Assembly (NCBI GenBank): GCA_038244685.1
Contig: JBBRTD010000001.1
Span: 166,392 to 230,391 of the forward strand
Source of the DNA: Minisyncoccia bacterium
Lineage (GTDB): Bacteria; Patescibacteriota; Minisyncoccia; Phycocordibacterales; UBA9973
Reading direction: 5' to 3'
Length of the DNA stretch: 64,000 nt
Every line of letters starts with the position of its first letter. Position 1 is the first letter of the stretch. This document shows positions 1-9,909 of this stretch, piece by piece. The position numbers and the translations under genes were made by a program. The notes beneath the pieces were generated by a model. It searched no databases and had not been told where the DNA came from. It was given only the letters and a program-made list of their open reading frames with translations.

Positions 1-1254
1 ACGGTTGCTTATGCTGTTATTAAGAATAGACCTATAGGACAAAATTTCGGTAATTTACAGGTGGCTTATATGGCACCAACTGAAGTTCTAGCTACTCAAT
101 TGTTTGAAAATTTTATTAGTTACTTCGAACATACTGGAATATCCATTGCTCTTATGACGGGCTCAGGCTGCCGTAAATTCCCAAGTAAAAGTGCCCGATG
201 GGAAAATGGTTCACAAATTAAAACTTGGACCCCTATTGCTAAAAATCAGCTTTTAAAATGGATTAAAAATGGTGAAATACCGATAGTAATAGGAACTCAT
301 GCTTTGATATCCAAAACAGTAGAATTCGAAGATTTAGGATTAGTAATAATAGACGAGCAACATCGTTTTGGAACTAGCCAAAGAATGAAATTAGTAAAAA
401 AAGAAGGTCACGCTCCTCACTATCTTTCAATGACAGCAACACCAATACCTAGAACACTTGCTCTTACTATCTATGGAGACTTAGACTTAAGTATCATCGA
501 CCAAATGCCAGCTGGGAGAAAAGTTGTGATTACAGAAATTGTTGGTGAAAATAAAAGAGAAGAATCTTATAATAAAATTAAAAAAGAGCTAGAAGCTGGC
601 CACCAACTTTATGTAATCTGCCCTAAAATTGATGACGGAGATGACGATGAAGAAAAAGTAAAACTAGATGTGAAGTCTGTAACCACAGAAGCCAAGAGAC
701 TAAAGAAAGATATTTTCCAAAATTACAATATTGAAATAATGCATAGCAAAATGACTAAAGACAAAAAAGAAAAAGTTATGCGCGATTTCTCTGAACATAA
801 AATTGACATATTAGTCTCAACTTCAGTTATCGAAGTTGGAGTAAATGTGCCCAATGCCACAATCATTATAATAGAAGGGGCAGAGAGGTTTGGACTAGCT
901 CAGCTTCACCAATTACGAGGCCGAGTTATCCGCTCTAATTATCAGTCATATTGCTACTTATTTGCCGACGCCAAATCCGATAAAACAATAGACAGATTAA
1001 AGGCTATAACAAAAGCCGCCAATGGTTTTGAACTTGCTGAATTAGATTTATCTCTTCGTGGAGCAGGACTTCTCTCTGGAGACAAACAATGGGGTATTAC
1101 CGATATTGGTATGGAAGCTATTAAAAATATTAAAATGGTGGAAGCAGCCAGGAAGGAAGCTATAAAAATAATAGAGGTAGATGCTGATCTGAAAAACTCC
1201 CCTCTTTTATCAAGAACTCTAATCGCTAAAAATCTTAAATTACATTTTGAATAA
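1..1254 (+). CDS. recG: ATP-dependent DNA helicase RecG (5' truncated by window)
   Basis: Frame open from base 1. Motifs MAPTEVLA, IIDEQHRFG, MTATPIPRTL, STSVIEVGVNVPNA, AERFGLAQLHQLRGRV. Confidence 0.97.
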   Translation, partial: TVAYAVIKNRPIGQNFGNLQVAYMAPTEVLATQLFENFISYFEHTGISIALMTGSGCRKFPSKSARWENGSQIKTWTPIAKNQLLKWIKNGEIPIVIGTHALISKTVEFEDLGLVIIDEQHRFGTSQRMKLVKKEGHAPHYLSMTATPIPRTLALTIYGDLDLSIIDQMPAGRKVVITEIVGENKREESYNKIKKELEAGHQLYVICPKIDDGDDDEEKVKLDVKSVTTEAKRLKKDIFQNYNIEIMHSKMTKDKKEKVMRDFSEHKIDILVSTSVIEVGVNVPNATIIIIEGAERFGLAQLHQLRGRVIRSNYQSYCYLFADAKSDKTIDRLKAITKAANGFELAELDLSLRGAGLLSGDKQWGITDIGMEAIKNIKMVEAARKEAIKIIEVDADLKNSPLLSRTLIAKNLKLHFE

Positions 1255-1285
1255 AAAAAACAGACGTTCAACGTCTGTTTTTTTA
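1253..1285. terminator. Bidirectional intrinsic terminator
   Basis: A-tract, CAGACGT-tca-ACGTCTG, T-tract between convergent genes. Confidence 0.8.
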
Positions 1286-1289
1286 AAAT

Positions 1290-4200
1290 TTAATTATTCT
1301 TTTCTAATGTTTTAGTAATTTTTATATTACCTTTTTCAAATTTATTTTCTAAATATTTTTTAGTGTAAGTAATAATAGTTTCCTTTCCTTTTTTATCTGT
1401 AGCTATAACCTCTACTTTTTGAGGAGAAAGCATATTCCAAATATTTCTAGATTTTGGTGCTTTTACTACAATATAACTATTCTCTTCACTTGTAAATTCT
1501 GTTCCAAATTTTAATAAATCAGCAGAAGTATATAATTTTTCTTTTTTAGAATTACTTTCTTTAATCTCTGATTTTATTGATTCAGACTCTTTTTTATCTT
1601 CGACTGCTGCTTCTTTTTGAACTACTTCCTTCTCAACAGTAGGACTAACTTTTTCATTTTTTGTTTCAACATTCAAAATCTTCTCTTTTTCTGTGTGAAT
1701 TATTTCTTTTTTACCATTAACAATTTCTTGAAAATTTGAAAGATATTTTCCCATTTCTTCTCCTATTATTTGTAACTCATTTCCGGTTTTATTAAAACCT
1801 TTACTCTTACCAAGAGGAATAGATTTAAGACTTCTATACTTTTCTTTTCCAAAATCAGATTTGAAATCAGACTCTTCTAGGGTAATTATTCCCTTTGAAT
1901 CTCTGATATTTTTATTTAGCATTTCTAAATCTGCCTTAAGATTACTTTCCATAATTTTAGCCTTATTCTCTCTCTCTAACTTTTCGGCCATTTCTTTTTT
2001 TGAAACTATTTTGGCGCGAGATAATAAACCTTCTATTTCATCCCCAATCTTTTGCAATTCATTTTCGGTTTTATTGAAGCCCTTACTTCTGCTTTCTTGT
2101 ATTGATTTTAAATCCATGTATCTCTTTCTGCCGTATTCCGATTTGAAATCAGAATTTTCTAGCGTGATGATACCCTTTGATTCTAGAATCCTTTTATTAA
2201 GCATTTTCAGGTCATCGTACATACCATCATATTCCTCTTTACTAATTTCGAAGGCAGCATCTTTCTCTTTTGTTTTCTCTGAGTCATTTTCCTTATCCCC
2301 CTTTTCTTCTTCGCTTGACTCTATTTCAACAATTCCTACTTTCTTATCTAAAGTTTTTTCTATTAATTTTTCTTTATTCTTATCCCCACCTTCTTCTTTG
2401 GTTTTTTTATTTGCAATAAGTTTCTCCAAAGGATTACCTGGGACTACAGCTATAAACGGAGGCAACTCTCCATCATATATCCCTTGTGTATTTAGAATTG
2501 TTTCTTCTGTATGAATTTTTACTTTATCGATGATATCATCAAGTCCTTTGCCTTCAAGCGTTCCAAGTATTCTATAACTATCATTGCCCATGTCTTGTGC
2601 TACTTCACCAAACCTTCCATGGAAAAGAGCGTGGCCATTTATATTACCGAAAAGGATTTTACCGGCCTCACTACCTTGTGGAATGACAATTTCACCATTT
2701 GGATTAACAGTAATTTCGAATGCCTGATTCTGAGTTTCTTTTGATAATGAAAATAGCATTTTTAATTTACCAGACTTCATTAACTCTTCTGCATTTGCAT
2801 TTAAGTCACCATGGAAAGAACCATCGGCTGTCATATGCCCAACATTCAAAATATAATTTCCTTTTGCATCTATTCCACTGCCATTCAATCCTCCCCATTG
2901 TGTTTTTAATTCATTTAAATCAAAATCTTTTGTATTATTATCAAACCATCCGAGGCGATGAAACTTTTTCATTTCAGTTAAATGATTTTTTATATATTCT
3001 CCTACCCCTACAGTCTTTACTGTTGTTCCATCTACCAAATGATTCTCAATACCAACTCCACTGTGAGATAAAATATTTTTGGCTTCTTCGGTAAGACTAC
3101 CTTCGGGGGTAACAGTTAAATGTTCCGCTATCATTCTACTTCCATTCGTAAGATTATAAGTTCCATCTGGATTCTTAATCATATTTACTCCCTCTGGAAG
3201 TTTAATATGATTTTCGCCAATTAAAGATTCGTGAACATTACCCATACTCATCTTCGGCATATCGCCTTCAATCAAATGTTTTAAATATGAAATAGAAGTT
3301 AAGTGTTCAACTCCTGCGCCTGCGACTAAAGTATGCCCGCCTTTAATATCATGCATTATATCTTCAACAACACTAACCCTTTCTCCTCCCCATAATCCGT
3401 CTACACCAGCAAGAGCTTCTTGGAATGTAGCACCAATAACGATACCTGTTTTAAATGCTGTCCAAGCCGCCTTATTCCCCTTCTCACTTTTAAATTTATT
3501 AAAATTTCTATCTTGTGCATCAATACCAATATTCTCCGCACTTATTAGCCGATTCTCTTCTGTTGTTGCAAGAGAATTAAAATATTCCTCAAATTTTTGT
3601 CCATTAGGAATTGCATGATTACCACTATTGTATGCTTTCTCTAAAGCATCTTTTATTTGTCTCTTTTTTATATCAAGAGTAAGTCTTTCTTCAACTACTT
3701 TTGTAGAATCTGAATATGTAACGAGATCTATTTTCCTACGATCAGAAAGGCGAATTAAGGCTTCAAGGGAAGCCAGATCAGCAAAGACAGAATTGAGCTC
3801 CTGCTCTGTTATATTTGCGGCATTTGTTTCAAGTAGGTTTAGATTTGTATCTATATTTTTAATTAAATTACTGGCTGATTCAGTTTGATATTTAAACTTG
3901 TCCATCTCTACTCTATTTGGCATAGTTTTTGAATCAAAGCTTTCCCCTTTGGCTAATTGTCTTGAGTGTAATACGCGTTTATTTTCCTGTTCTGTTTGTT
4001 CTCTTTGTTTCGCAAACCACGAAGAGATAGCAGCCGTTCCTATTATGGGAACTATTTTACCAGGAAGACTTACCGCAGAACGAGCAACCATAGAAGCCAC
4101 GAAAGATAAAGCTATAGAGATAGAAGTCTCATTGGCAAATTGCCCAACTTTCGTATGGAGCATTTTATTTATAATACTTTCTGTTTTGGAATAGTTAGCT

Positions 4201-4925
4201 TCAGTGCGAACATTTGCTTTTGATTTACCATAAATCAAATCAACATCTAAATCTTCATTATCTAAAAATTCTTTATTCTCTATCGCTAGTTTTACTTGTT
4301 CAGCAATTTCAAATAAATTTGAAGCGTACATCGTATTACCTTTTATTTTTTTATCATCAATGTTTCCTTTTAAATTATGGAAAATTCTTTTCTCCTGTTC
4401 AATAAAAGATTCTTTGCTAATTTTACCAGTCGCCCAATCCATTATTAATTGCTTTACGGATTCTTTGTCTCCTGTTGCTTCTTCTTCGAGCTCATCTTTT
4501 CCTATTTCTACTTTTTTCTCCCCTGCCTCTTTGTGGATAGCTTCATCATAACCTGAAGTAAATTGATTAAGAATATCAGACATAACCTTATCGTGAGAAG
4601 CTTTCTCTTTACCTTCCCCTGCAAAAACATTATCAGTCTTCAAAATTTCTTGTGAAGCTTTATATATCTCTTTATTTAAATTATAGTCACGCTTTAGTCC
4701 ATACTTCCAAACCTTCTGCCCGAGACGAGACCAATATTCTCCTTTTCCTAATTTTTCCCACTTACTAAGCTTGGCAAGCTCGGAACTTTCAGCTTCTATT
4801 GTCATCTTCTCTTTACCAGCATCCTCGGCTTGGCTTCTCATTAAATCCGTAGTATCAACAATAGCAACTTTAAATTTTTTCTTTTGCTCTATGGTTTTTA
4901 TATTAGAGGTAGGTGTTTTTTCCAT
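1290..4925 (-). CDS. Large hypothetical protein (1211 aa) with hydrophobic segments and an internal ~65-aa duplication
   Basis: Long ORF. Hydrophobic stretch SISIALSFVASMVARSAVSLPGKIVPIIGTAAISSWF. Repeat LKMLNKRILESKGIITLE.. / LEMLNKNIRDSKGIITLE.. Confidence 0.85.
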   Translation of the reverse strand: MEKTPTSNIKTIEQKKKFKVAIVDTTDLMRSQAEDAGKEKMTIEAESSELAKLSKWEKLGKGEYWSRLGQKVWKYGLKRDYNLNKEIYKASQEILKTDNVFAGEGKEKASHDKVMSDILNQFTSGYDEAIHKEAGEKKVEIGKDELEEEATGDKESVKQLIMDWATGKISKESFIEQEKRIFHNLKGNIDDKKIKGNTMYASNLFEIAEQVKLAIENKEFLDNEDLDVDLIYGKSKANVRTEANYSKTESIINKMLHTKVGQFANETSISIALSFVASMVARSAVSLPGKIVPIIGTAAISSWFAKQREQTEQENKRVLHSRQLAKGESFDSKTMPNRVEMDKFKYQTESASNLIKNIDTNLNLLETNAANITEQELNSVFADLASLEALIRLSDRRKIDLVTYSDSTKVVEERLTLDIKKRQIKDALEKAYNSGNHAIPNGQKFEEYFNSLATTEENRLISAENIGIDAQDRNFNKFKSEKGNKAAWTAFKTGIVIGATFQEALAGVDGLWGGERVSVVEDIMHDIKGGHTLVAGAGVEHLTSISYLKHLIEGDMPKMSMGNVHESLIGENHIKLPEGVNMIKNPDGTYNLTNGSRMIAEHLTVTPEGSLTEEAKNILSHSGVGIENHLVDGTTVKTVGVGEYIKNHLTEMKKFHRLGWFDNNTKDFDLNELKTQWGGLNGSGIDAKGNYILNVGHMTADGSFHGDLNANAEELMKSGKLKMLFSLSKETQNQAFEITVNPNGEIVIPQGSEAGKILFGNINGHALFHGRFGEVAQDMGNDSYRILGTLEGKGLDDIIDKVKIHTEETILNTQGIYDGELPPFIAVVPGNPLEKLIANKKTKEEGGDKNKEKLIEKTLDKKVGIVEIESSEEEKGDKENDSEKTKEKDAAFEISKEEYDGMYDDLKMLNKRILESKGIITLENSDFKSEYGRKRYMDLKSIQESRSKGFNKTENELQKIGDEIEGLLSRAKIVSKKEMAEKLERENKAKIMESNLKADLEMLNKNIRDSKGIITLEESDFKSDFGKEKYRSLKSIPLGKSKGFNKTGNELQIIGEEMGKYLSNFQEIVNGKKEIIHTEKEKILNVETKNEKVSPTVEKEVVQKEAAVEDKKESESIKSEIKESNSKKEKLYTSADLLKFGTEFTSEENSYIVVKAPKSRNIWNMLSPQKVEVIATDKKGKETIITYTKKYLENKFEKGNIKITKTLEKNN

Positions 4926-4946
4926 ATTTGTATTATTAATTACTAA

Positions 4947-5270
4947 TTAAGCAATATATCTATTTCTAAAATTCAAAAATTCTGCTGCTAATAATTCAGG
5001 GAAGTTAGCAATATTCTCATTACAAAATTTTTGAGTAAGAGTTGCATCACCAGAATCAATAAGTTTTTCGAATTCACCTAATTTATCTTCAATAACTTGT
5101 GAAAGAATCATAGCTTTAATTCTATTTTCAAGTCTTTCAGTAAGATCTTTCTTAAGTCCTATCAAAGTGCTTTCTTCTAGCTTTTTATCCATCCCTGTTT
5201 CTTTTACAAGATTATCAATAAATTGATTCATCATCTGATCGGCACTTAGATTTTGTGTTTCTTTTGACAT
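4947..5270 (-). CDS. Small helical hypothetical protein (DUF5663-like, common in CPR)
   Basis: 107-aa acidic helical ORF 21 bp upstream of the large gene. The family call is from recalled resemblance only. Confidence 0.7.
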   Translation of the reverse strand: MSKETQNLSADQMMNQFIDNLVKETGMDKKLEESTLIGLKKDLTERLENRIKAMILSQVIEDKLGEFEKLIDSGDATLTQKFCNENIANFPELLAAEFLNFRNRYIA

Positions 5271-5369
5271 AAATTTATACTTAAATTCATTAAATTAATA
5301 AATGATAATATTTTTCTACAATTAATTCAATTATATACTTTATAATTAAAGATATTAAACAATAGTCAT

Positions 5370-5399
5370 ATTATACAATGAATAATACCTATGTGTCAA
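5370..5399 (-). promoter_or_regulatory. Sigma70-type promoter for the 5270/4925 operon
   Basis: Minus strand TTGACA-18-TATAAT. Confidence 0.6.
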
Positions 5400-5478
5400 C
5401 GTATACTATGATGGCAAATTAGATAGATAAAAAGCCATTAGAATAAATTCTAATGGCTCTCTACATTCATTTAAAGAC

Positions 5479-6246
5479 TTAGGATTTTTCCTTGTCTTCA
5501 TTTTTAGGAACACCTCGGGAGAGATGTTTTCTGTAATTGGCGGCTACACGGAAAAGGTCATCACTTTTCTCAACTTCAAAACTGGTTAAACGACCATTTT
5601 TCCTGGAATCTCTTTTGATAATATCCAAAGCACGATTCTCAAAATCTTGATTTTTAGCAATTATTGCCGCTCTGGTTGCAATATCTATATCACAACCATT
5701 ACTAGCGTCTACATGAATAGCAGAACTGCTACTACTGCTTGAAGACGAGCGATAATTGTACAAATTAATAAAAATCAAAATGGCGATTGCCAATAAAATC
5801 ATCCATCCCCACCAAGGCATATCAGACACGATAGATGCATTTATCTGAGCCGGCTCGGTTGTGGTTGTGGTAATAGTTCTTTCGTAAGAAACTGAAGGAT
5901 ATACCTTCTGTCCTCCTATATTAAGAACTTCTCCCGGATAAATCCGGACGATCCACATCTTCCGATCTTGATTATAGTACAACCGGTCAGGTGAACTAAG
6001 AAATGGATTTAATGCAACGATTTCTCTCCATTGCATTCCAGTTCCGTAAACCTTCTGTGAGATACCCCATACAGTATTCCCGCTGACAACAATCTGTTGC
6101 TCAACGTAGAAACCCTGGTCAGAATACGTGAACTTTTCATTGGTTACAGTAGTTGTAACCTTAGGTGCAGATGGCTGCCGTTGTATACATGATGACAACA
6201 ACGAAACGAATAAAATTACGAAGAGCGAAAATAATACCTTTTTCAT
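5479..6246 (-). CDS. LysM-domain lipoprotein with a second TM segment
   Basis: Lipobox LLSSC. LysM-like VVSGNTVWGISQKVYGTGMQWREIVALNP..IYPGEVLNI. TM WWGWMILLAIAILIFINL. Confidence 0.8.
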   Translation of the reverse strand: MKKVLFSLFVILFVSLLSSCIQRQPSAPKVTTTVTNEKFTYSDQGFYVEQQIVVSGNTVWGISQKVYGTGMQWREIVALNPFLSSPDRLYYNQDRKMWIVRIYPGEVLNIGGQKVYPSVSYERTITTTTTEPAQINASIVSDMPWWGWMILLAIAILIFINLYNYRSSSSSSSSSAIHVDASNGCDIDIATRAAIIAKNQDFENRALDIIKRDSRKNGRLTSFEVEKSDDLFRVAANYRKHLSRGVPKNEDKEKS

Positions 6247-6331
6247 GATAGTATATTTTTTGTTTTTTCAGCATCCCTACATCTTTTCTGCTTTTCAGAT
6301 TGAACAGATTGTATTTGTCTGATTTGTTTCA

Positions 6332-6360
6332 AGTATAGCACAATATAGGGTCTTTGTCAA
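6332..6360 (-). promoter_or_regulatory. Sigma70-type promoter for the LysM gene
   Basis: Minus strand TTGACA-17-TATACT with TG extension. Confidence 0.7.
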
Positions 6361-6435
6361 TAACAATATAAATTGCTATTATTCCTTATATTTTGAAATA
6401 TTCAAAATATAAGGTAATATATTCATATCCAACAT

Positions 6436-6509
6436 CCGCCCTTAGCTCAGTTGGTTAGAGCACAGAGCTTATACCTCTGGGGTCCTAGGTTCGAATCCTA
6501 GAGGGCGGA
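6436..6509 (+). tRNA. tRNA-Ile, anticodon UAU (CCA not encoded)
   Basis: Cloverleaf: acceptor CCGCCCT/AGGGCGG, D arm GCTC/GAGC, anticodon arm CAGAG-CT TAT AC-CTCTG, T arm CTAGG-TTCGAAT-CCTAG, discriminator A. Confidence 0.93.
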
Positions 6510-6557
6510 CAATACAAATAACCTTACCGTCGTAAGGTTATTTGTATTGTCCGCCCT
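6502..6557. terminator. 26-bp perfect inverted repeat between tRNA and ftsH, overlapping the tRNA 3' end
   Basis: AGGGCGGACAATACAAATAACCTTAC-cgtc-GTAAGGTTATTTGTATTGTCCGCCCT. Confidence 0.85.
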
Positions 6558-8443
6558 TATTTCTCTTCTACTTCCTTCTTCTTTGGAGTTATTCCATTAG
6601 CAATTATAATGTCATTATATTCTTTCTGTTCTAAGGTCTCTACATCTATAAGTTTATTCGCAATCGCATCTAAGACCTTACGCTTTTCGAGAAGAACAGC
6701 TCTGGCCACAGAAAATGCATTATTCATAATTTTAGAAACTTCTCCATCGATAACAGCGCTCATCTTTTCTGAATATTCTCTATCATTAACACCTTGACCA
6801 AACATTGTTCGCCCACCGTCACTCTCGAGTGCTATTGGACCTATTTCTTCACTCATTCCCCAACGTGTAACCATAGCGCGAGCTAAGCTTGTCGCAACTT
6901 GTAAATCGTTCGATGGTCCAGTTGTAATATCTCCAAAAACCATTTCTTCGGCAACGTAGCCACCGAGCGACATTGCTATATCATCTAAGAATTCTTTTTT
7001 ACTCTGAAGACGTCTTTCTTCTAATGGAAGCTTCAAGGTGTAACCACCAGCATTACCACGAGAAACAATTGAGACTTTATGGACAGGATCAGCGTGAGGG
7101 AGCATTGAGGCAACAAGAGCATGACCTGCTTCGTGATATGCTGTAATTTCTTTCTCTTTCTTTGAGAGTAAATGACTCTTTCTTTCAGGACCCATCATAA
7201 CCTTTTCAATTGAACGGATTAAATCAAACTGTGCAATCTTTTTCCTATCTTCACGCGCTGCTAAAATTGCTCCTTCGTTCATTATAGAAAACAAGTCAGC
7301 ACCAGAAAATCCCGGAGTACGTTCTGCAATAACTTTCAAATTTACATCTTCACCAAAAGGCTTTTTACGAGAGTGGATTATAAGTATTTCCTCGCGATCA
7401 AGACGATCAGGTAAATCAAGCATGACTCTTCTGTCAAATCTTCCTGGACGAAGAAGAGCTGGGTCTAAGACATCTCCTCTGTTTGTTGCGGCCATAACTA
7501 TCACCTTTTCATTCGGTTCAAAACCATCCATCTCAACAAGAATTTGGTTTAAGGTCTGTTCACGTTCATCATTTCCACCACCAACCCCTGTGCCACGAAC
7601 TCGTCCAACTGCATCTATCTCATCGATAAAAACAATAGAAGGAGCAGCCTTTTTGGCCATTTTAAATAAATCTCGAACTCGAGATGCTCCGACACCGACG
7701 AACATTTCAACGAACTCTGAACCCGACAAATGAAAGAACGGAACGGCTGCTTCTCCGGCAACAGCCCGAGCCAGCAATGTCTTCCCTGTTCCTGGAGCTC
7801 CAGTAAGTAAAACTCCTTTTGGAATTCTTGCTCCAATATCTAGAAATTTTTTAGGATTTTTTAAGAAGTCTACAATTTCTTTTAATTCTTCTTTCGCTTC
7901 CTTGGCACCAGCGACATCTTTAAAGGTAACTTTATTATTCTTATCATCTGGGTCAGTAATTCTAGCTTTGGATTGTCCGAAAGTAAAAGCTTGCATACCC
8001 TGCCCTTTTACTTGACGAGTCAACATCCAAATAAAAAATATAATTATAAAGACGGGAAGTAAAAATGGAAGTATGTTCAATAACCAATAAGTAAAACCTG
8101 ATTCTGTTTTAATTTCAATCGGAGTAGCAGATAGCTCAACAGGAGTTACACCATAATTATACAAAGTAGTAGAAAGTGAACTTTCTAATTCTTTCTTGGC
8201 TACACCTTTAGTCTGATCTTTAAAAGTAACATTAATATCACCACCCGAAACGATAATTTTCTCAACAGAGCCATCTACTACACTTTTGGCCACTTCTGAA
8301 ATAGTCATCTTCTTTATATCCTCTGGCTTCTTAGAAACAAGCGTATAGACAAGCGTAATACTAATAAAAATGAACACAGCAATGATTATCTGGTTGGCAA
8401 TATTGGGTATTTTTGGTTGAATTGGTTTTTTGTTTTTATCCAT
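6557..8443 (-). CDS. ftsH: ATP-dependent zinc metalloprotease FtsH
   Basis: Two N-terminal TMs, [30 protein letters not shown]. Start moved to MDKNKK (8443). Confidence 0.98.
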   Translation of the reverse strand: MDKNKKPIQPKIPNIANQIIIAVFIFISITLVYTLVSKKPEDIKKMTISEVAKSVVDGSVEKIIVSGGDINVTFKDQTKGVAKKELESSLSTTLYNYGVTPVELSATPIEIKTESGFTYWLLNILPFLLPVFIIIFFIWMLTRQVKGQGMQAFTFGQSKARITDPDDKNNKVTFKDVAGAKEAKEELKEIVDFLKNPKKFLDIGARIPKGVLLTGAPGTGKTLLARAVAGEAAVPFFHLSGSEFVEMFVGVGASRVRDLFKMAKKAAPSIVFIDEIDAVGRVRGTGVGGGNDEREQTLNQILVEMDGFEPNEKVIVMAATNRGDVLDPALLRPGRFDRRVMLDLPDRLDREEILIIHSRKKPFGEDVNLKVIAERTPGFSGADLFSIMNEGAILAAREDRKKIAQFDLIRSIEKVMMGPERKSHLLSKKEKEITAYHEAGHALVASMLPHADPVHKVSIVSRGNAGGYTLKLPLEERRLQSKKEFLDDIAMSLGGYVAEEMVFGDITTGPSNDLQVATSLARAMVTRWGMSEEIGPIALESDGGRTMFGQGVNDREYSEKMSAVIDGEVSKIMNNAFSVARAVLLEKRKVLDAIANKLIDVETLEQKEYNDIIIANGITPKKKEVEEK

Positions 8444-8726
8444 AATACTTAATAGTATACACAAATATGGCAAATAAAAAAACGTCTGATGCAAGCAACA
8501 GACGTTTTAATGTAGACAAAACTCAAAAAAAACTTAACTAAAGTAAAAACAAAACTGCAAAATAGTTCAGGAGACTAATGAGTGCTTATAAAGCGCACAT
8601 TAACCCTTAACAATTAAATTGAATTAATTATGTTAATTTCAATAGTATTAAATCAAAATATAAGAAAAAGGTCAAGGGGGTAAATAGATTTTGTATTATT
8701 AGCTATTATTGGTACCATATAAATAT

Positions 8727-9173
8727 ATGGCAACATATATAGACAATAGAAAGGCACACTTTAATTACAGCATAGAGGAAACTTTCGAAGCCGGAATAGA
8801 ACTTTCAGGTTTTGAAGTTAAGGCTATTAAAAATGGCTCAGGAAACTTGAACTCGGCCTTTTGTGTGATTCGAGGTGGTGAAGCTTATATATTGAATATG
8901 CATATTCCACCATATCAGCCTCATAATATTGATCCAGGATATGACCCGGACATGACGAGACGACTTCTCTTAACCAAAAAAGAGATAAAGAAATTAGCAG
9001 ATAAGGATGATATGAAAGGATTGACTCTCATCCCCTTATCGCTGTATAGTAAAGGGCGTTATATTAAAGTATCTATAGCTGTGGCTCGAGGCAAGAAAGT
9101 TTTTGATAAAAGAGAAACTATTAAGAAACGAGAAACCGATAGAGAAATAAGAAGAGAGTATAAGGTTCGTTAA
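8727..9173 (+). CDS. smpB: SsrA-binding protein SmpB
   Basis: NRKAHFNYSIEETFEAGIELSGFEVKAIK, RGKKVFDKRETIK. Directly upstream of tmRNA. Confidence 0.98.
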   Translation: MATYIDNRKAHFNYSIEETFEAGIELSGFEVKAIKNGSGNLNSAFCVIRGGEAYILNMHIPPYQPHNIDPGYDPDMTRRLLLTKKEIKKLADKDDMKGLTLIPLSLYSKGRYIKVSIAVARGKKVFDKRETIKKRETDREIRREYKVR

Positions 9174-9178
9174 AAATT

Positions 9179-9570
9179 GGGGATGATCGGCTTCGACAAG
9201 AGGAATCATCTTATATATGCATGTAAAGTACTCAGGAATCTTTTAAAACTTCTTGGAAAAGACTAAGTGCAAACAAAGTCGCTTCAGTAAAATCACCTTA
9301 CTCTTTTGGGTTTGCTGGTTTTGCTCCCGCTTTCGCCTAAATTTAGGCCTGGTGGGTGTCCGCTCTTTTGACATCCGATATAAAGAGTGGGCATCATTTA
9401 TCGGGTTACGAAATTACAACCGCTTGATGTAATCTCCGACAATTAAAAGCTCGCTATTTATCTTTCTTGTATGTTCTCTAGGATAAACATCTAAACGAAA
9501 TGGACATACTAAACATGTAGACTTCTATAAGATTTCTTTTTGCACGCGGGTTCGATTCCCGCCATCTCCA
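9179..9570 (+). ncRNA. ssrA: tmRNA
   Basis: 5' GGGGATG..TTCGAC pairs with 3' CATCTCC-A (G3.U70). T arm GCGGG-TTCGATT-CCCGC. Internal tag frame ends AFA-stop. Confidence 0.95.
9269..9340 (+). other. tmRNA tag reading frame ANKVASVKSPYSFGFAGFAPAFA*
   Basis: Resume codon GCA after TAAGT. Hydrophobic Ala-ending tail. Confidence 0.8.
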
Positions 9571-9620
9571 CATATTAAAAAACCCTTATTCTATAAGGGT
9601 TTTTTAATATTGTGGAGATG
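9563..9620. terminator. Long hairpin terminator overlapping the tmRNA 3' end
   Basis: CATCTCCACATATTAAAAAACCCTTAT-tct-ATAAGGGTTTTTTAATA(t)TGTGGAGATG. Confidence 0.85.
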
Positions 9621-9909
9621 AGCTTTGTCCCTGCGGACAAAGCGTGCTAGAAGCGAAGACATTTTCCGTGTGAGCTCGCGAACGGAAAAGGTATACTGAC
9701 CCTGTAAGGGTTGATAAGGCTACTGCCGGTCCCGCCAATTTTAGTTATTCAGTATTTTGTTTATTTAATAACCATCTTTTTTTAAAAATGATTTAATTAG
9801 TAATAAGGTTATTAAAAATACAAAATAAGGACATTTATCACTATGGTAAATGTCCTTATTTTGTATACATATTGTTTTATCCCCAAAGTGCGTAAAAAGT
9901 ATGTTATGA

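Noticed and set aside
1861-4551. Antisense ORFs here and over ftsH, copA, r-protein genes, tuf and the surface genes
   Set aside because: Shadow frames of well-supported genes on the opposite strand.
8565-8612. 10-codon ORF MSAYKAHINP after AGGAG
   Set aside because: Too short to support without conservation data, and SD motifs are rare in this window.
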